Shown in pieces: positions 24,478 to 35,310 of a DNA stretch of 64,000 nucleotides (the first letter of the stretch is position 1; each line of letters starts with the position of its first letter). Where the stretch lies: the NCBI GenBank assembly GCA_012514235.1, contig JAAZAR010000140.1, forward strand, positions 9,414 through 73,413, given 5' to 3'. The DNA is from Actinomycetota bacterium. Its GTDB lineage: Bacteria; Actinomycetota; Thermoleophilia; UBA2241. The notes beneath the pieces are model-generated. The model was given only the letters and a program-made list of their open reading frames with translations, did no database searches and was not told where the DNA came from. Position numbers and translations under genes: made by a program.

Positions 24478-25503
24478 TCAGGGCACGGTGTACGTGAGGC
24501 CGTTGCCGAGGTAGCCGGTGAGCTTGTAGGCCTGGCCGCCGCTGAGCTGTTCGTACACGTAGCTGCCGGGCGAGGTGCCGGGAGTCATGGGTGCCCCCGT
24601 GAACGGGTTGGTCGGCCACGGATCGACGTACTGGGAGAGGCCGCCGCCCTGGATCACGTCCTGGGGCGACGGATACAGGTTGTCGTTCTCCGCCGCCCAG
24701 GCGACGATCCCCGCCTGGAGCTTGGCGATGTTGGCTACGACCTGCTGGTCGGCGCTCGGCGATCCGGTCGGGCTGGGGCTCGCGGTCGGCGTCCCGGTGG
24801 GGTTCGCGGTCGGCGTCGGTGAGACCGACACCGTGGGGGTGGGCATGGGGCTGGCGGGGAGCAGGACCTCGACGCGCACGTAGTACACGGGCTCGACGGA
24901 GAGATCGCCGGCCGTGACGTCCAGCCTCAGGCGATCGTGCGGCTCGTGCGTCAATGTGCCGCGCACGGTCCCGGTCACACCCTTGAGGCCGATGGCGGAC
25001 GCCCTGATCGAGAGTTCCAGTCTGCCGTCGACCAGGTCGGCGGCGGAGGAGCCGGCCTGCTGCAGGTCGCCGTCGTACTGGGTGACGGTGAACCGGCCGT
25101 CACCGAGCTGCTTGATCACGAGGCCGCCTCCGGCGCCCGTCTGCGGCGACCAGGTACCGACGAACTCTTCGCCGCCGGCTGCGTCCGAGTCGGTCGGCCG
25201 CAGGAAGAAGTACCAGAGTGCGGCCGCAGCGGCGATCACGGCGAGCACCACGACGAGCCAGACCCACCAGGGCACGCCCGGACGCTCGGGCCGCCCGTGC
25301 GTCATGAGCAGCGTGGGCTGGGCGGGCGGCGGGGGCGGAGGCTCGTCCGCCGCCGGCATCACCCGGGTCGCCTCGGTCTCTCCGCCGGGCATGACCTGGG
25401 TCTCGCCCTCGTCGGCGGGCGGCATGATGCGGGTCTCGTCATCCGGCGGCGTCACCCGGGTCAGCTCGGTATCGTCGTCGGGAACTCTGCGTTCGTCGTC
25501 CAT
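24478..25503 (-). CDS. Single-pass membrane protein: acidic repeat N-terminus, TM, beta-rich domain, PT linker, one pseudopilin-globular-domain-like module (family member P4)
   Basis: N-terminal ET-x-[VI]-MP repeats and TM helix WWVWLVVVLAVIAAAAALWYFFL. C-terminal KLQAGIVAWAAENDNLYPSPQDV...YVDPWPTNPFTGAPMTPGTSPGSYVYEQLSGGQAYKLTGYL. Confidence 0.8.
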   Translation of the reverse strand: MDDERRVPDDDTELTRVTPPDDETRIMPPADEGETQVMPGGETEATRVMPAADEPPPPPPAQPTLLMTHGRPERPGVPWWVWLVVVLAVIAAAAALWYFFLRPTDSDAAGGEEFVGTWSPQTGAGGGLVIKQLGDGRFTVTQYDGDLQQAGSSAADLVDGRLELSIRASAIGLKGVTGTVRGTLTHEPHDRLRLDVTAGDLSVEPVYYVRVEVLLPASPMPTPTVSVSPTPTANPTGTPTASPSPTGSPSADQQVVANIAKLQAGIVAWAAENDNLYPSPQDVIQGGGLSQYVDPWPTNPFTGAPMTPGTSPGSYVYEQLSGGQAYKLTGYLGNGLTYTVP

Positions 25504-25569
25504 GCTCGTCCTCCCGGGCGGGTGACGCTCGTCTGAGGTGTGCGGTCCGGCTCTACTACTTTGCCCCGC

Positions 25570-26865
25570 TCAGCCGGTTCCCTGTTCCAGTCCGCTCAAG
25601 AGATCGAAGAAGGTGGGACAGGTCTTGGCCACGCAGGCCGGGTCGGCGATGACCATCCCCGGCGTCCTGAGGCCGAGCACGGAGAACGCAATGGCGATGC
25701 GGTGGTCGCCGTGCGGATCGACGACGGCGCCGCGAGGCGTGCCGGGATACACGCGCAGCCAGTCGGGGCCGGACTCCGTCTTCACTCCGGTCCGGCCCAG
25801 GTTCTCCTCCACCGCCGCGATGCGGTCAGACTCCTTCAGGCGGACGGTGCCGATCCCCGTCACGGTGACCGGTGACGTGGCCAGCGGTGCGATCGCGGCC
25901 AGCGTCATGAAGGTGTCGGGGATGTCGGTCATGTCGACGGTGAGCCCCGACAGCGCGGCCGGACCGGTCACGCGCACGCCCTCGGGGAGGTCCTCGACGA
26001 GGCACCCCATCGCCGCGAGGACGTCCAGGAACGCCACGTCGCCCTGCAGGGCGTGGCGGCGATGCAGGCCGGCCACCCTGACGCGACCGGCCACGGCCGC
26101 GGCGGCGAAGAAGTACGACGCCGTGGACGCGTCGGGCTCCACGTCGTACTCGCGGCCGAGGTACCGCCCCGGCACGACGACGAACCGGTCGCCGGGGCCG
26201 CTCTGCGGCGTCACGCCGAACTGCTCCATCATGCGCAGCGTCATGGTCACGTAGGGCCGGCTGACGAGCCCGTCGACGTCCAGCTCGAGCGCAGCACGGC
26301 CGAGCGGCGCCGCCATGAGGAGGGCGGAGACGAACTGGCTCGAGGTGTCGCCCGGGAGCCGCAGGCCGCCTCCGGCGAGGCCGCTCGCCGCCAGCGTGAG
26401 CGGCAGGCCGGAGGCGGCGGCGGGCTCGGTGCGCACGCCCTGGGCGCGCAGCGCGTCGAGCAGCTGGCCGAGAGGGCGCCTCCGCAACTGCGGCGCCGCG
26501 TCGAAGTGGTAGGCGCCGCGGCCGGCCGCGGAGGCGGCGAGCAGGAAGCGTGCCGCGGTACCCGCCTCGTCGCAGTACACGGTGGCCTCGTCGGCCGGGA
26601 ACGGCCCTCCAGCTCCTCGGACGAGCAGGCCGGAGTCGAGACGCTCGACGGCGACGCCGAGGCTGCGCAGGCCGGCGGCGAACGCCTCCGTGTCGCCGGC
26701 CTCGAGCGCTCCGCGCAGCACGGACTCGCCCGAGGCGAGCGCGGCGAGGAGCAGTGCCCGGTTGGTCACGCTCTTGGAGCCGGGCACGCGCACGCGGGCG
26801 TCGAGTCCGGGTCGGGCGAGTCGGATGGTGCGGGTCGGGCCGGCGGGGGCGTTCATCGCCCGCAT
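25570..26865 (-). CDS. aroA: 3-phosphoshikimate 1-carboxyvinyltransferase (EPSP synthase)
   Basis: VPGSKSVTNRALLLAALA.G.S.L...L...DT; LPGD.SSQF.SALLMAAP; RLKESDR; DHRIAIAF. The start is ATG 26865 or 26856. The 678-aa track ORF is an overextension. Confidence 0.92.
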   Translation of the reverse strand: MRAMNAPAGPTRTIRLARPGLDARVRVPGSKSVTNRALLLAALASGESVLRGALEAGDTEAFAAGLRSLGVAVERLDSGLLVRGAGGPFPADEATVYCDEAGTAARFLLAASAAGRGAYHFDAAPQLRRRPLGQLLDALRAQGVRTEPAAASGLPLTLAASGLAGGGLRLPGDTSSQFVSALLMAAPLGRAALELDVDGLVSRPYVTMTLRMMEQFGVTPQSGPGDRFVVVPGRYLGREYDVEPDASTASYFFAAAAVAGRVRVAGLHRRHALQGDVAFLDVLAAMGCLVEDLPEGVRVTGPAALSGLTVDMTDIPDTFMTLAAIAPLATSPVTVTGIGTVRLKESDRIAAVEENLGRTGVKTESGPDWLRVYPGTPRGAVVDPHGDHRIAIAFSVLGLRTPGMVIADPACVAKTCPTFFDLLSGLEQGTG

Positions 26866-26879
26866 GATACCGCAGGCGC

Positions 26880-27266
26880 CTACCGCAGCTTGTCTGCGAC
26901 GAACTGCGAGAGGGCGTCGATCTGCGCGGCGCTCAGCGAGCCCGAGAAGCCCGGCATCCCGTCGCCCCCCTCCCGGATCTGTTCGCGGATGCTGTCTGGG
27001 TCGTCCTCCCCGGCGATGGCCGGCGCGCTCCCGCCGCCGCCGCTCGGGCCGTGGCAGCCGGCGCAGTTGGCGGAGTACAGGGCGGCGGCCTCTTCCGCCG
27101 GTCCCGCCGGTGACGCAGGCGCCGTCGGCGCATCCGTGGGAGTGGCTGCCTCGCTCGACGGCGCCGCCGGCGTGGCGGCGCCGTCCCCGGCCGGCTCGTC
27201 GCCGCACGCGGCGAGCGAGACGGCGACGATCAGCGCGAGCACGAACGCCAGAAGCTGACGGTTCAT
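26880..27266 (-). CDS. Class I c-type cytochrome, lipoprotein
   Basis: Lipobox AVSLAAC, Pro/Ala linker, haem motif CAGCH, and a distal Met region (GDGMPGF). Its start overlaps the upstream stop (ATGA). TAG stop. Confidence 0.85.
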   Translation of the reverse strand: MNRQLLAFVLALIVAVSLAACGDEPAGDGAATPAAPSSEAATPTDAPTAPASPAGPAEEAAALYSANCAGCHGPSGGGGSAPAIAGEDDPDSIREQIREGGDGMPGFSGSLSAAQIDALSQFVADKLR

Positions 27267-28231
27267 CCCGGCTCCTTTCCTGGTGTCTGGTCCGCTGCAT
27301 CCCGGAGGTCCTTCGCGTACAGCTCGTAGGCCGACGTCGCCCGCAGGCCGGCGCGCTCGTACAGGCGCAGCGGCCTCGTCGCGCCCTCAGCGTCCACGCC
27401 CAGGTCCACGCGCAGCCGGCCGCGCTCGAGGAACGCCGCGAGGGCGTGCGCGAGCAGCGCGCTGCCGAGTCCGCGCCGGCGCCAGGGCCTGCGCACGCCG
27501 AGTCCCTTGATCCAGCCGAGGTCGCCGTGGTCGTAGGCGATGAGCGCTCCGGCGGCCTGGTCGCCGTCCCAGGCGATCCACCACAGGTCCGGGTCGAAGT
27601 CGGCATGGCCGACCAGGCGGGCGCGCCAGGCGTCGAAGGGTTCTTCGCTCTGCCTGAAGTGATCGACGAAGGCCTCGTTCATGAGGTCGTACAGGGTGCC
27701 CTCGTCGGCCCCGAGCCGGAAGGGACGGATCTCGAGGCCCGGCGGCGGTGGGGAGACCGGCGCGCCGCCGGAGAGGTCGGCAGTCATCCGGTAGACGCTG
27801 CGCGTGAGCGCATACCCGTGCCGCCGCAGCAGGTCACGCTTGGCTCGGTTGCCGGAGATACAGAAGACGTCGAGGGTGGGGTCGGCGTAGCCACGCTCCA
27901 CGGCGATCCGCGCAGCGCGGCGCTCTGCGAGCCCGAGCAGCCGGTCGGGGAGCTCGGGCTCGTGACGCTCCGGGTGCACCCAGAGGTCGGCCTCCAGCTC
28001 GCCGGTACGGAACTGGTCGCCGGCGTAGGCATAGCCGACGAGCCCGGCGGGACCTTCCGCCACCCAGGCGTCCCGCGCCGGGTCGAAGCCCTCCATGGAC
28101 CAGTCGTTCTCGAGGTCTTCGAGGGTGCTGTCCGGCTCGCCGGTCTCGGCCACGTCGCAGGCGCACAGCAGCTCGACGATCTCGGGCATGTCGCCGCGCG
28201 TGGCGGGCCGGATGAGACTGGGGGCGCTCAT
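27263..28231 (-). CDS. Two-domain GNAT N-acetyltransferase (mycothiol-synthase MshD-like architecture)
   Basis: 322 aa from ATG 28231 (ATGA overlap with the upstream gene). Two acetyltransferase halves; the second has the acetyl-CoA motif GVRRPWRRRGLGSALL. Confidence 0.78.
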   Translation of the reverse strand: MSAPSLIRPATRGDMPEIVELLCACDVAETGEPDSTLEDLENDWSMEGFDPARDAWVAEGPAGLVGYAYAGDQFRTGELEADLWVHPERHEPELPDRLLGLAERRAARIAVERGYADPTLDVFCISGNRAKRDLLRRHGYALTRSVYRMTADLSGGAPVSPPPPGLEIRPFRLGADEGTLYDLMNEAFVDHFRQSEEPFDAWRARLVGHADFDPDLWWIAWDGDQAAGALIAYDHGDLGWIKGLGVRRPWRRRGLGSALLAHALAAFLERGRLRVDLGVDAEGATRPLRLYERAGLRATSAYELYAKDLRDAADQTPGKEPG

Positions 28232-28947
28232 ACGGTCTCGGCCGCGTCTCTCGTCAGCGTGATGGTCTCCTCGTAGTCCTCGCCGTCGGGCGACGTGCCC
28301 ACGATGCGCAGGTCGAGGCCGGCGTCGCCGGCGCGGCTGAGGATCAGCGTGAAGTCTCCGGCCACGGCCTGAAGGGTGGCCTTGAAGACCTTCGCGCCGT
28401 CCTCCTCGGCCATCTGCGAGAAGTCGTCCATGGTGATGACGAGGTCGCTGCCGTCGAGGTGCGCGGGCACGGTGCTCGTCTGCGAGGGGCCGTTCCCTGC
28501 GATGAGGACGGAGAACGCCTCGCCGTCCCGGGTGATCACCAGCGTAGCGGTCCCCCGGTCCGTGGCGGCCGTCCAGCTGCCGAGGAACTCCTCGCCGGTG
28601 GTGGCCGGGCCTCTGAGTACGAAGAACCAGACGAGGATGACGGCGACGACGGCGACGAGTCCGCCGACGACGACGAGACTGATGAGGCCGTCCCTGCCGA
28701 CGGCGGGCCGGGCCGAGGACGGCGTGGCTGCCCGCGGCTGGTGCTCCGGCCCCCACTGCCCGGGACCGCCGTACGGCGGCGAGCCTCCGTAGCCCGGCGA
28801 GTCTCCGTAGGCCGGCTCGCCGTGACCCGCGGCGCCCTGTGCGGTGGCCGGGGCCTGCAGGCCGCCGCCGGCCACCGGAGCCCCGCAGGCGCCGCAGGTC
28901 CAGTCGCCGTCCTTGATCGGAGTGTTGCAGCTCGTGCACTCGGCCAT
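28228..28947 (-). CDS. Zinc-ribbon membrane protein with extracytoplasmic beta-rich domain
   Basis: MAECTSCNTPIKDGDWTCGACGAP (CxxC...CxxC), a G/P/Y-rich spacer, TM helix LISLVVVGGLVAVVAVILVWFFVL, then GEEFLGSWTAA..., a domain shared with 24478..25503 and 30798..31478. Confidence 0.7.
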   Translation of the reverse strand: MAECTSCNTPIKDGDWTCGACGAPVAGGGLQAPATAQGAAGHGEPAYGDSPGYGGSPPYGGPGQWGPEHQPRAATPSSARPAVGRDGLISLVVVGGLVAVVAVILVWFFVLRGPATTGEEFLGSWTAATDRGTATLVITRDGEAFSVLIAGNGPSQTSTVPAHLDGSDLVITMDDFSQMAEEDGAKVFKATLQAVAGDFTLILSRAGDAGLDLRIVGTSPDGEDYEETITLTRDAAETV

Positions 28948-28994
28948 TCAGGTCTCCCTCGGGACGTCGTCGTCGGGCCGCATCTCCTTCGCTC

Positions 28995-30296
<1,302 letters not shown>

Positions 30297-30507
30297 CAAG
30301 TCCCTCCGCGGCCGCCGGCATCACGGCTGGACCGGCAGTGCCGCCGGCCTCCGTCTCCTGTCGGGGGCGATTGTCTCACAGAGGCGCGCCAGGGCGACAC
30401 GTCCCGTGGCGCCCGGGCGCCGGTCTGGTTTCTGCACGGCGCCCGGGGGAGAATCAACCGGGTACCGCGGCCGGGAGCCGCGGGGCCACAGCGGAGGGAG
30501 GATGAGG

Positions 30508-30780
30508 ATGCCGACGGGAGAGGAACTGCGCGACCTCGCGATCAAGGCGATCAAGAAGAAGCGCGACTTCTGGAACCACGTGATCGCCTACTGCATCGTC
30601 AACGCCTTCCTGGTGGGCATCTGGTTCTGGACCGGCGCCGGGTACTTCTGGCCGGGCTGGGTGCTGGCCGGCTGGGGCATCGGGGTGGCGTTCAACGCCT
30701 GGGACACGTACGGCCGCGGAAGCCGGCCGATCACCGAGGAAGAGATCCAGCGGGAGATAGACCGGCAGCGGCGCGGCTGA
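30508..30780 (+). CDS. 2TM-domain small membrane protein
   Basis: GGAGGGAGG upstream. 90 aa: KKKRDFWNHVIAYCIVNAFLVGIWFWT...WPGWVLAGWGIGVAFNAW matches the 2TM domain pattern. Confidence 0.7.
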   Translation: MPTGEELRDLAIKAIKKKRDFWNHVIAYCIVNAFLVGIWFWTGAGYFWPGWVLAGWGIGVAFNAWDTYGRGSRPITEEEIQREIDRQRRG

Positions 30781-30797
30781 GGCTCCGGTCCCGGTCG

Positions 30798-31478
30798 TCA
30801 GTCGCCGATGATGCCGCCGTCCGAGAGGCGGGCGGTGAGCGCGTACTTCCTGCCGCTGTCCAGCCGCTCGTACGTGAAGTCGCCGGGGTCCTCGCCCTGC
30901 TCCATCGGGCCGCCGGTGAACGGGTTGGACGGCCAGCGCACCATGGTGCCCAGGAGGCCGTCCGCGGCGACCTCCTCGGCCGGCGGGTACTTCTTGCCGC
31001 CGCCGGCCTTCCACATCGCAAGGCCTCGTCGCAGCACGGCGAGGCCGGCGGCGACCGAGGCGTCCGCGTACTGCGTCGCGTCCACCCGCTCCAGCACGAC
31101 TGCCTGGGGGGACGCGAACATCGAGCCGGAGAACGTCAGACTGAGCTGGTCCGGCCCCGCCGGCGTCAGCGTCATCGTGACGGCGTGCGAGTCGACGACG
31201 AGGGAGTCGCCCTCCCTCACGGCGTCTCCCGCCGGGGCGTCCGGATTGGTGAGCACCACGTAGTCGTCACGGTCCTTGCCGACCTGCACCATGGTCATCC
31301 CGTCGGGCGACCCGCCGCCGAGCCAGAACCCGACCAGCGGGTCGCCGTCGGCACTGTCTCCACCGCAGGCGGCGAGCGCCGCCATCAGGACCGCCGTCAC
31401 GAGGACGGCGGTCAGCGCCGCGAGGACGCCGCGCCCGCGCTGCCGGCGCGTCAGGCCGCGTCGACGCGCCTCATGCAC
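30798..31478 (-). CDS. Lipoprotein: beta-rich domain plus one pseudopilin-globular-domain-like module (family member P5)
   Basis: Lipobox MAALAACGG. DPLVGFWLGGG... domain. C-terminal LAVLRRGLAMWKAGGGKKYPPAEEV...VRWPSNPFTGGPMEQGEDPGDFTYERLDSGRKYALTARLSDG. Confidence 0.8.
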   Translation of the reverse strand: MHEARRRGLTRRQRGRGVLAALTAVLVTAVLMAALAACGGDSADGDPLVGFWLGGGSPDGMTMVQVGKDRDDYVVLTNPDAPAGDAVREGDSLVVDSHAVTMTLTPAGPDQLSLTFSGSMFASPQAVVLERVDATQYADASVAAGLAVLRRGLAMWKAGGGKKYPPAEEVAADGLLGTMVRWPSNPFTGGPMEQGEDPGDFTYERLDSGRKYALTARLSDGGIIGD

Positions 31479-31851
31479 GGCGGGCGATCGCCTCGATCTC
31501 GACGTGCAGGTCCTTGGGGAGGCGCGCCACCTCTACCGTCGAGCGCGCCGGATACGGCTCCGTGAAGAACTCGGCGTACACGTCGTTGACGGCGCCGAAC
31601 TCGTCCATGTCCTTGAGGAAGATGGTCGTCTTGACCACGTCATCGAGCGTCAGCCCAGCCGCCTGGAGCGTCACGCGCAGGTTCTCCAGCGCCTTGCGGG
31701 CCTGGTCCTTGGGCGTGTAGCCGACGATCTTGCCGTCCGGGTCCAGGGGGACCTGGCCGGAGACGAAGACGAAGTCACCGGCGCCGACGGCCGGCGAGTA
31801 CGGGCCGACGGCGGGGGCGCCGTCGGGCGACACGAAGACCTGCTTCTCCAT
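31471..31851 (-). CDS. ridA: RidA/YjgF-family reactive-intermediate deaminase
   Basis: 126 aa from ATG 31851: APAVGPYSPAV..GD.VFVSGQ.PLDP.G.IVG......QA..AL.NL..L.AAG..LDDVVKT.IFL.DM.....N.VY..FF....PARS.VEVARLP. Confidence 0.88.
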   Translation of the reverse strand: MEKQVFVSPDGAPAVGPYSPAVGAGDFVFVSGQVPLDPDGKIVGYTPKDQARKALENLRVTLQAAGLTLDDVVKTTIFLKDMDEFGAVNDVYAEFFTEPYPARSTVEVARLPKDLHVEIEAIARRA

Positions 31852-31879
31852 GGATCCGTCCTTTCGTGTAGGAGCCCGG

Positions 31880-31996
31880 TCAGGCGAGCAGCGCACGCAC
31901 GGCCACGCAGGCCAGCGCGACGGCGATGAGCGCTACCGCGACGTAGAGGAAGCCCGAGATGGTCCGGGGGCTGGGCGGCTTCTGGTCCCTGGGCAT
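31880..31996 (-). CDS. Possible 38-aa small membrane protein
   Basis: MPRDQKPPSPRTISGFLYVAVALIAVALACVAVRALLA. GAGGA lies 6 nt upstream of the ATG. No homology evidence. Confidence 0.3.
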   Translation of the reverse strand: MPRDQKPPSPRTISGFLYVAVALIAVALACVAVRALLA

Positions 31997-32005
31997 CTGC
32001 GATCC

Positions 32006-32386
32006 TCAGTACCGTTGCGCGATGGCGGCCACCTGCAGCCGCGCACCGCCGGGCACCCATGGTACACCGGTGATGGTGAGCGCGGGATAGGGTCGGGTGA
32101 AGCGCTCCCGGATCGCCGCGTCGATCGCGGCCCGGTCGGCCTCGTGGACGAGGTGGACGTCGAGGCTCACCACGTGGTCGAGCGAGAGCCCGGTGGAGCG
32201 CAGCTGGTGGGCGAGGTTGTCGAAGGCGCGGCCGGCCTGGCCGGCCGCGCCGCCATCCACGAGCTGCCCGTCCGCGTCGAGCGGGAGCTGGGCGGAGACG
32301 AACACCAGCTGCCCGGCGGAGATCCCGGAGGACGCCGCGCCGGGCGGTCCGGGCGCCCTGGTCGACCTGATCGCGTACCTGCCCAT
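32006..32386 (-). CDS. RidA/YjgF-family protein, second divergent copy
   Basis: 126 aa from ATG 32386: GISAGQLVFVSAQLPLDADGQLV...AGQAGRAFDNLAHQLRSTGLSLDHVVSLDVHL. Confidence 0.72.
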   Translation of the reverse strand: MGRYAIRSTRAPGPPGAASSGISAGQLVFVSAQLPLDADGQLVDGGAAGQAGRAFDNLAHQLRSTGLSLDHVVSLDVHLVHEADRAAIDAAIRERFTRPYPALTITGVPWVPGGARLQVAAIAQRY

Positions 32387-32475
32387 GTGCCCACTGTTCC
32401 CCGCTCGGCCTTCCTGCGTGCGGGGCCGGGCCGTCGCCATCGTCGCCGCCCGGGCGGGACCTCCGCCCCCGGCGG

Positions 32476-32925
32476 TCAGACGTCCAGGATCCTGGCCGCG
32501 AGGATGGCGGCGTTGCGGGCGCCGTTGATGGCCACGCACGCGACCGGCACGCCGGGCGGCATCTGGACGATGCTGAGCAGCGAGTCCATGCCGCCGAGAT
32601 CGCTCGTCTTGATCGGCACACCGATGACCGGCAGGGTGGTGTAGGCGGCGAGCACGCCGGGGAGGGCTGCCGCCTTGCCGGCGCCTCCGATGAGGACCTT
32701 GAGCCCGCGGCTCCGGGCAGTCTTGGCGTAGTGCGCCACCTTGTCGGGGTCGCGGTGGGCGGAGAGCACGTTGATCTCGTACTTGATCTTGCGTTCCTCG
32801 AGCTCGGCGGCGGCCTGCTGCATCACGTCGCGGTCGCTCTCGCTGCCCATCACGATGCCGACGAGGACGGGGTCCATCTGGATGCCCTGGAGGATGGCCT
32901 CGACCTCAGTCCTGGTCTCTTCCAC
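32476..32925 (-). CDS. purE: N5-carboxyaminoimidazole ribonucleotide mutase
   Basis: [36 protein letters not shown], and SIVQMP.GVPVA.VAI. GTG 32925 has AAGGAGA 6 nt upstream. Confidence 0.9.
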   Translation of the reverse strand: MEETRTEVEAILQGIQMDPVLVGIVMGSESDRDVMQQAAAELEERKIKYEINVLSAHRDPDKVAHYAKTARSRGLKVLIGGAGKAAALPGVLAAYTTLPVIGVPIKTSDLGGMDSLLSIVQMPPGVPVACVAINGARNAAILAARILDV

Positions 32926-33036
32926 TTCGCGTCTCCTTTGCCGGCCGGTCACTGCCGGCGCCGTGGTGTCGTCCCTGACCGCCGGTGCTGGATCACCTGA
33001 CGGGAGCTCTCGCCGCCGGTCGGCCTCGAGGCGGCC

Positions 33037-34356
33037 TCAGGCGAGCTCGAGGCCGCGGGGGAACAGGTCGAGCTCGCCCGCCTGTGCCTTGACGGCTCGC
33101 TCGGCGATGTCCGAACGGACCTGCAGGCCGTCGAAAGCGATCCTGCCGACGGCCTCGTAGGCGCGCTCGCGGGCGGCGGCGAAGCCGTCGCCGAGCGCGC
33201 TCACCGCGAGGACGCGGCCGCCGGCCGTGACGACCTCGCCGTCCTGCAGAGCCGTCCCGGCGTGGTAGACGGTCACGTCGTCCAGCGCGGCCGCCTCGGC
33301 CAGGCCGCTGATGACGTCGCCCTTGTGACTGCTCGCCGGGTAGCCGGCCGAGGCGAGCACGACGGTGACGCAGTCCTGCGGCTTCCAGAGCGCCCTGGCG
33401 CCGCCCAGCCCGCCGTCGGCGGCGGCGGCGCACAGCTCCAGCAGGTCGCTGTCCAGACGCGGCAACACCGCCTGCGTCTCCGGGTCGCCGAAACGGCAGT
33501 TGAACTCCAGCACCTTGATGCCGGCCTCCGTCACGATGAGGCCGGCGTACAGCACGCCCCGGTAGGTCACGTTGCGCCTGCGGAGCGCGGCCACCACCGG
33601 TTCGACCACGTGCTCCATGGCCGCGTCGATCGCCTTCTGCTCGAACCCGGGCACCGGGCAGTAGCTGCCCATGCCTCCGGTGTTGGGACCCTGGTCGCCG
33701 GCGAAGATGCGTTTGTAGTCCTGCGCCGGCGCGAGCGGCACCGCCGTCTCGCCGTCGCACAGCACGAGCAGCGAGACCTCGGAGCCGGTGAGGTACTCCT
33801 CGGTGATGAGGACGTCGCCGGCCGCGCCGAAGTCGCGGCTCACGAAGCACGACTCGACGGCGGTCCGCGCCTCGGCCTTGTGGGCGCAGATGATGACGCC
33901 CTTGCCGGCGGCGAGGCCGTCGGCCTTGACGACCAGCGGGTAGTCCTCGCGGCCCTCGACGTCGGCGAGGGCCGTCTCCAGGGCCGTGTGCCGCCGGTAG
34001 GCGCCGGTGGGGACGCCGCCGTCGGCCATGACCTCCTTGGCGAACACCTTGCTGCCCTCGAGCTGGGCAGCCTCCCTGTTGGGACCGAAGACGGCGAGCC
34101 CATGCTCCTCGAAGAGGTCGGTGAGCCCGATCACGAGCGGCGCTTCGGGGCCGACGACGGTGAGGTCGATCTGCTCGCGGCTGGCGAAGTCGAGCAGCGC
34201 CGGCAGGTCGTCGGCGGCGACGGGGATGTTGTCTGCCTCGGCGGCGGTACCGGCGTTGCCGGGGGCGCAGAAGATGCGTTCGGCGAGTGGGGACTGGGCG
34301 AAGGAATGGACGAGGGCGTGCTCTCTGCCGCCGCCGCCCACCACGAGCACGCGCAT
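33037..34356 (-). CDS. purD: Phosphoribosylamine--glycine ligase
   Basis: MRVLVVGGGGREHAL... N-terminus, ATP-grasp core (VVKADGLAAGKGV), and GDQGPNTGGMG. GGAGG lies 4 nt upstream of ATG 34356. Confidence 0.93.
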   Translation of the reverse strand: MRVLVVGGGGREHALVHSFAQSPLAERIFCAPGNAGTAAEADNIPVAADDLPALLDFASREQIDLTVVGPEAPLVIGLTDLFEEHGLAVFGPNREAAQLEGSKVFAKEVMADGGVPTGAYRRHTALETALADVEGREDYPLVVKADGLAAGKGVIICAHKAEARTAVESCFVSRDFGAAGDVLITEEYLTGSEVSLLVLCDGETAVPLAPAQDYKRIFAGDQGPNTGGMGSYCPVPGFEQKAIDAAMEHVVEPVVAALRRRNVTYRGVLYAGLIVTEAGIKVLEFNCRFGDPETQAVLPRLDSDLLELCAAAADGGLGGARALWKPQDCVTVVLASAGYPASSHKGDVISGLAEAAALDDVTVYHAGTALQDGEVVTAGGRVLAVSALGDGFAAARERAYEAVGRIAFDGLQVRSDIAERAVKAQAGELDLFPRGLELA

Positions 34357-34533
34357 GAGGCCTCCGAGTGGTGGATCCTGCCGGGCGGCGCTGCGCCGGC
34401 CCGGCCCGACCACGGAAGTCTACTCGGGCCGGGCGCGGCGGGGAAGGCCGGTCGCGGCGAAAAAGCCGGTCGCGGCGGAAGGAGCACCGGGCGCGGCGGT
34501 GGGAGCACCCTTCGGCTCCCGCCGCCGCGCCGC

Positions 34534-35310
34534 TCAGATCGACTTCTGGTACACGCGGAACGCCGCCGTCGCCAGCCAGCCGCACACGAGCGTGAAGAGG
34601 ACCAGCCACCCCATGCGGCTGAGGACCACGCTCCAGTCGGGGCCGGCGGCCAGCGCCTCGCGCCCGGCCCTGACCGCCCACTCCACCGGGTTGTAGGTGG
34701 CGATGCTCTGCATCCAGCCCGGCATGAGCGCGCGCGCCATGAAGACCGAGCTCATGAACGTGAGCGGCAGCAGCACGAAGTTGCTGACCGCCACCATGGT
34801 CTCCACGTTGCGGCTGAGCACGCCGATCGCGTTACTGAGGGCCCCGACCGCGGTGCCGAGCAGCACCGCTGCGATGGTGAGCGCGGCGATGCCGGGGATC
34901 CCGCCGGGGTACTCGGCACCGACGATGAGCCCGAGGACGACGATGATGACCGACTGGATGACGCCCACCAGCGCGCCCTGGACCAGGCGCCCGGCGATGA
35001 GCGAGCTCCGGCTCGCCGGGCTCACGAGGAACCTGTCCACCACGCCGCGGTCGATGTCCTCGATCAGGTCCATGCCGCTCCACCCGGCGCTGAACAGGCA
35101 CGTCATGACGACGATGCCGGGGGTGAGGAAGTCGATGTAGCTGGCGGCGCCGAACCCGGGGATCTCGACGATCTTGCGGAACAGGGCGCCGTACAGCAGC
35201 AGCCACACCACGGGCTGCACCAGCGAGATCAGGATCCAGGCCGGCTGCCGCAGCAGGTTGCGTACGTGGCGATGGGTCATGAACAGCGTGTCCGAGATCA
35301 CGTGGGTCAC
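34534..35310 (-). CDS. ABC-2-type exporter permease (DrrB-like)
   Basis: 258 aa with six hydrophobic segments. The GTG start overlaps the ATPase stop (GTGA). Confidence 0.85.
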   Translation of the reverse strand: MTHVISDTLFMTHRHVRNLLRQPAWILISLVQPVVWLLLYGALFRKIVEIPGFGAASYIDFLTPGIVVMTCLFSAGWSGMDLIEDIDRGVVDRFLVSPASRSSLIAGRLVQGALVGVIQSVIIVVLGLIVGAEYPGGIPGIAALTIAAVLLGTAVGALSNAIGVLSRNVETMVAVSNFVLLPLTFMSSVFMARALMPGWMQSIATYNPVEWAVRAGREALAAGPDWSVVLSRMGWLVLFTLVCGWLATAAFRVYQKSI

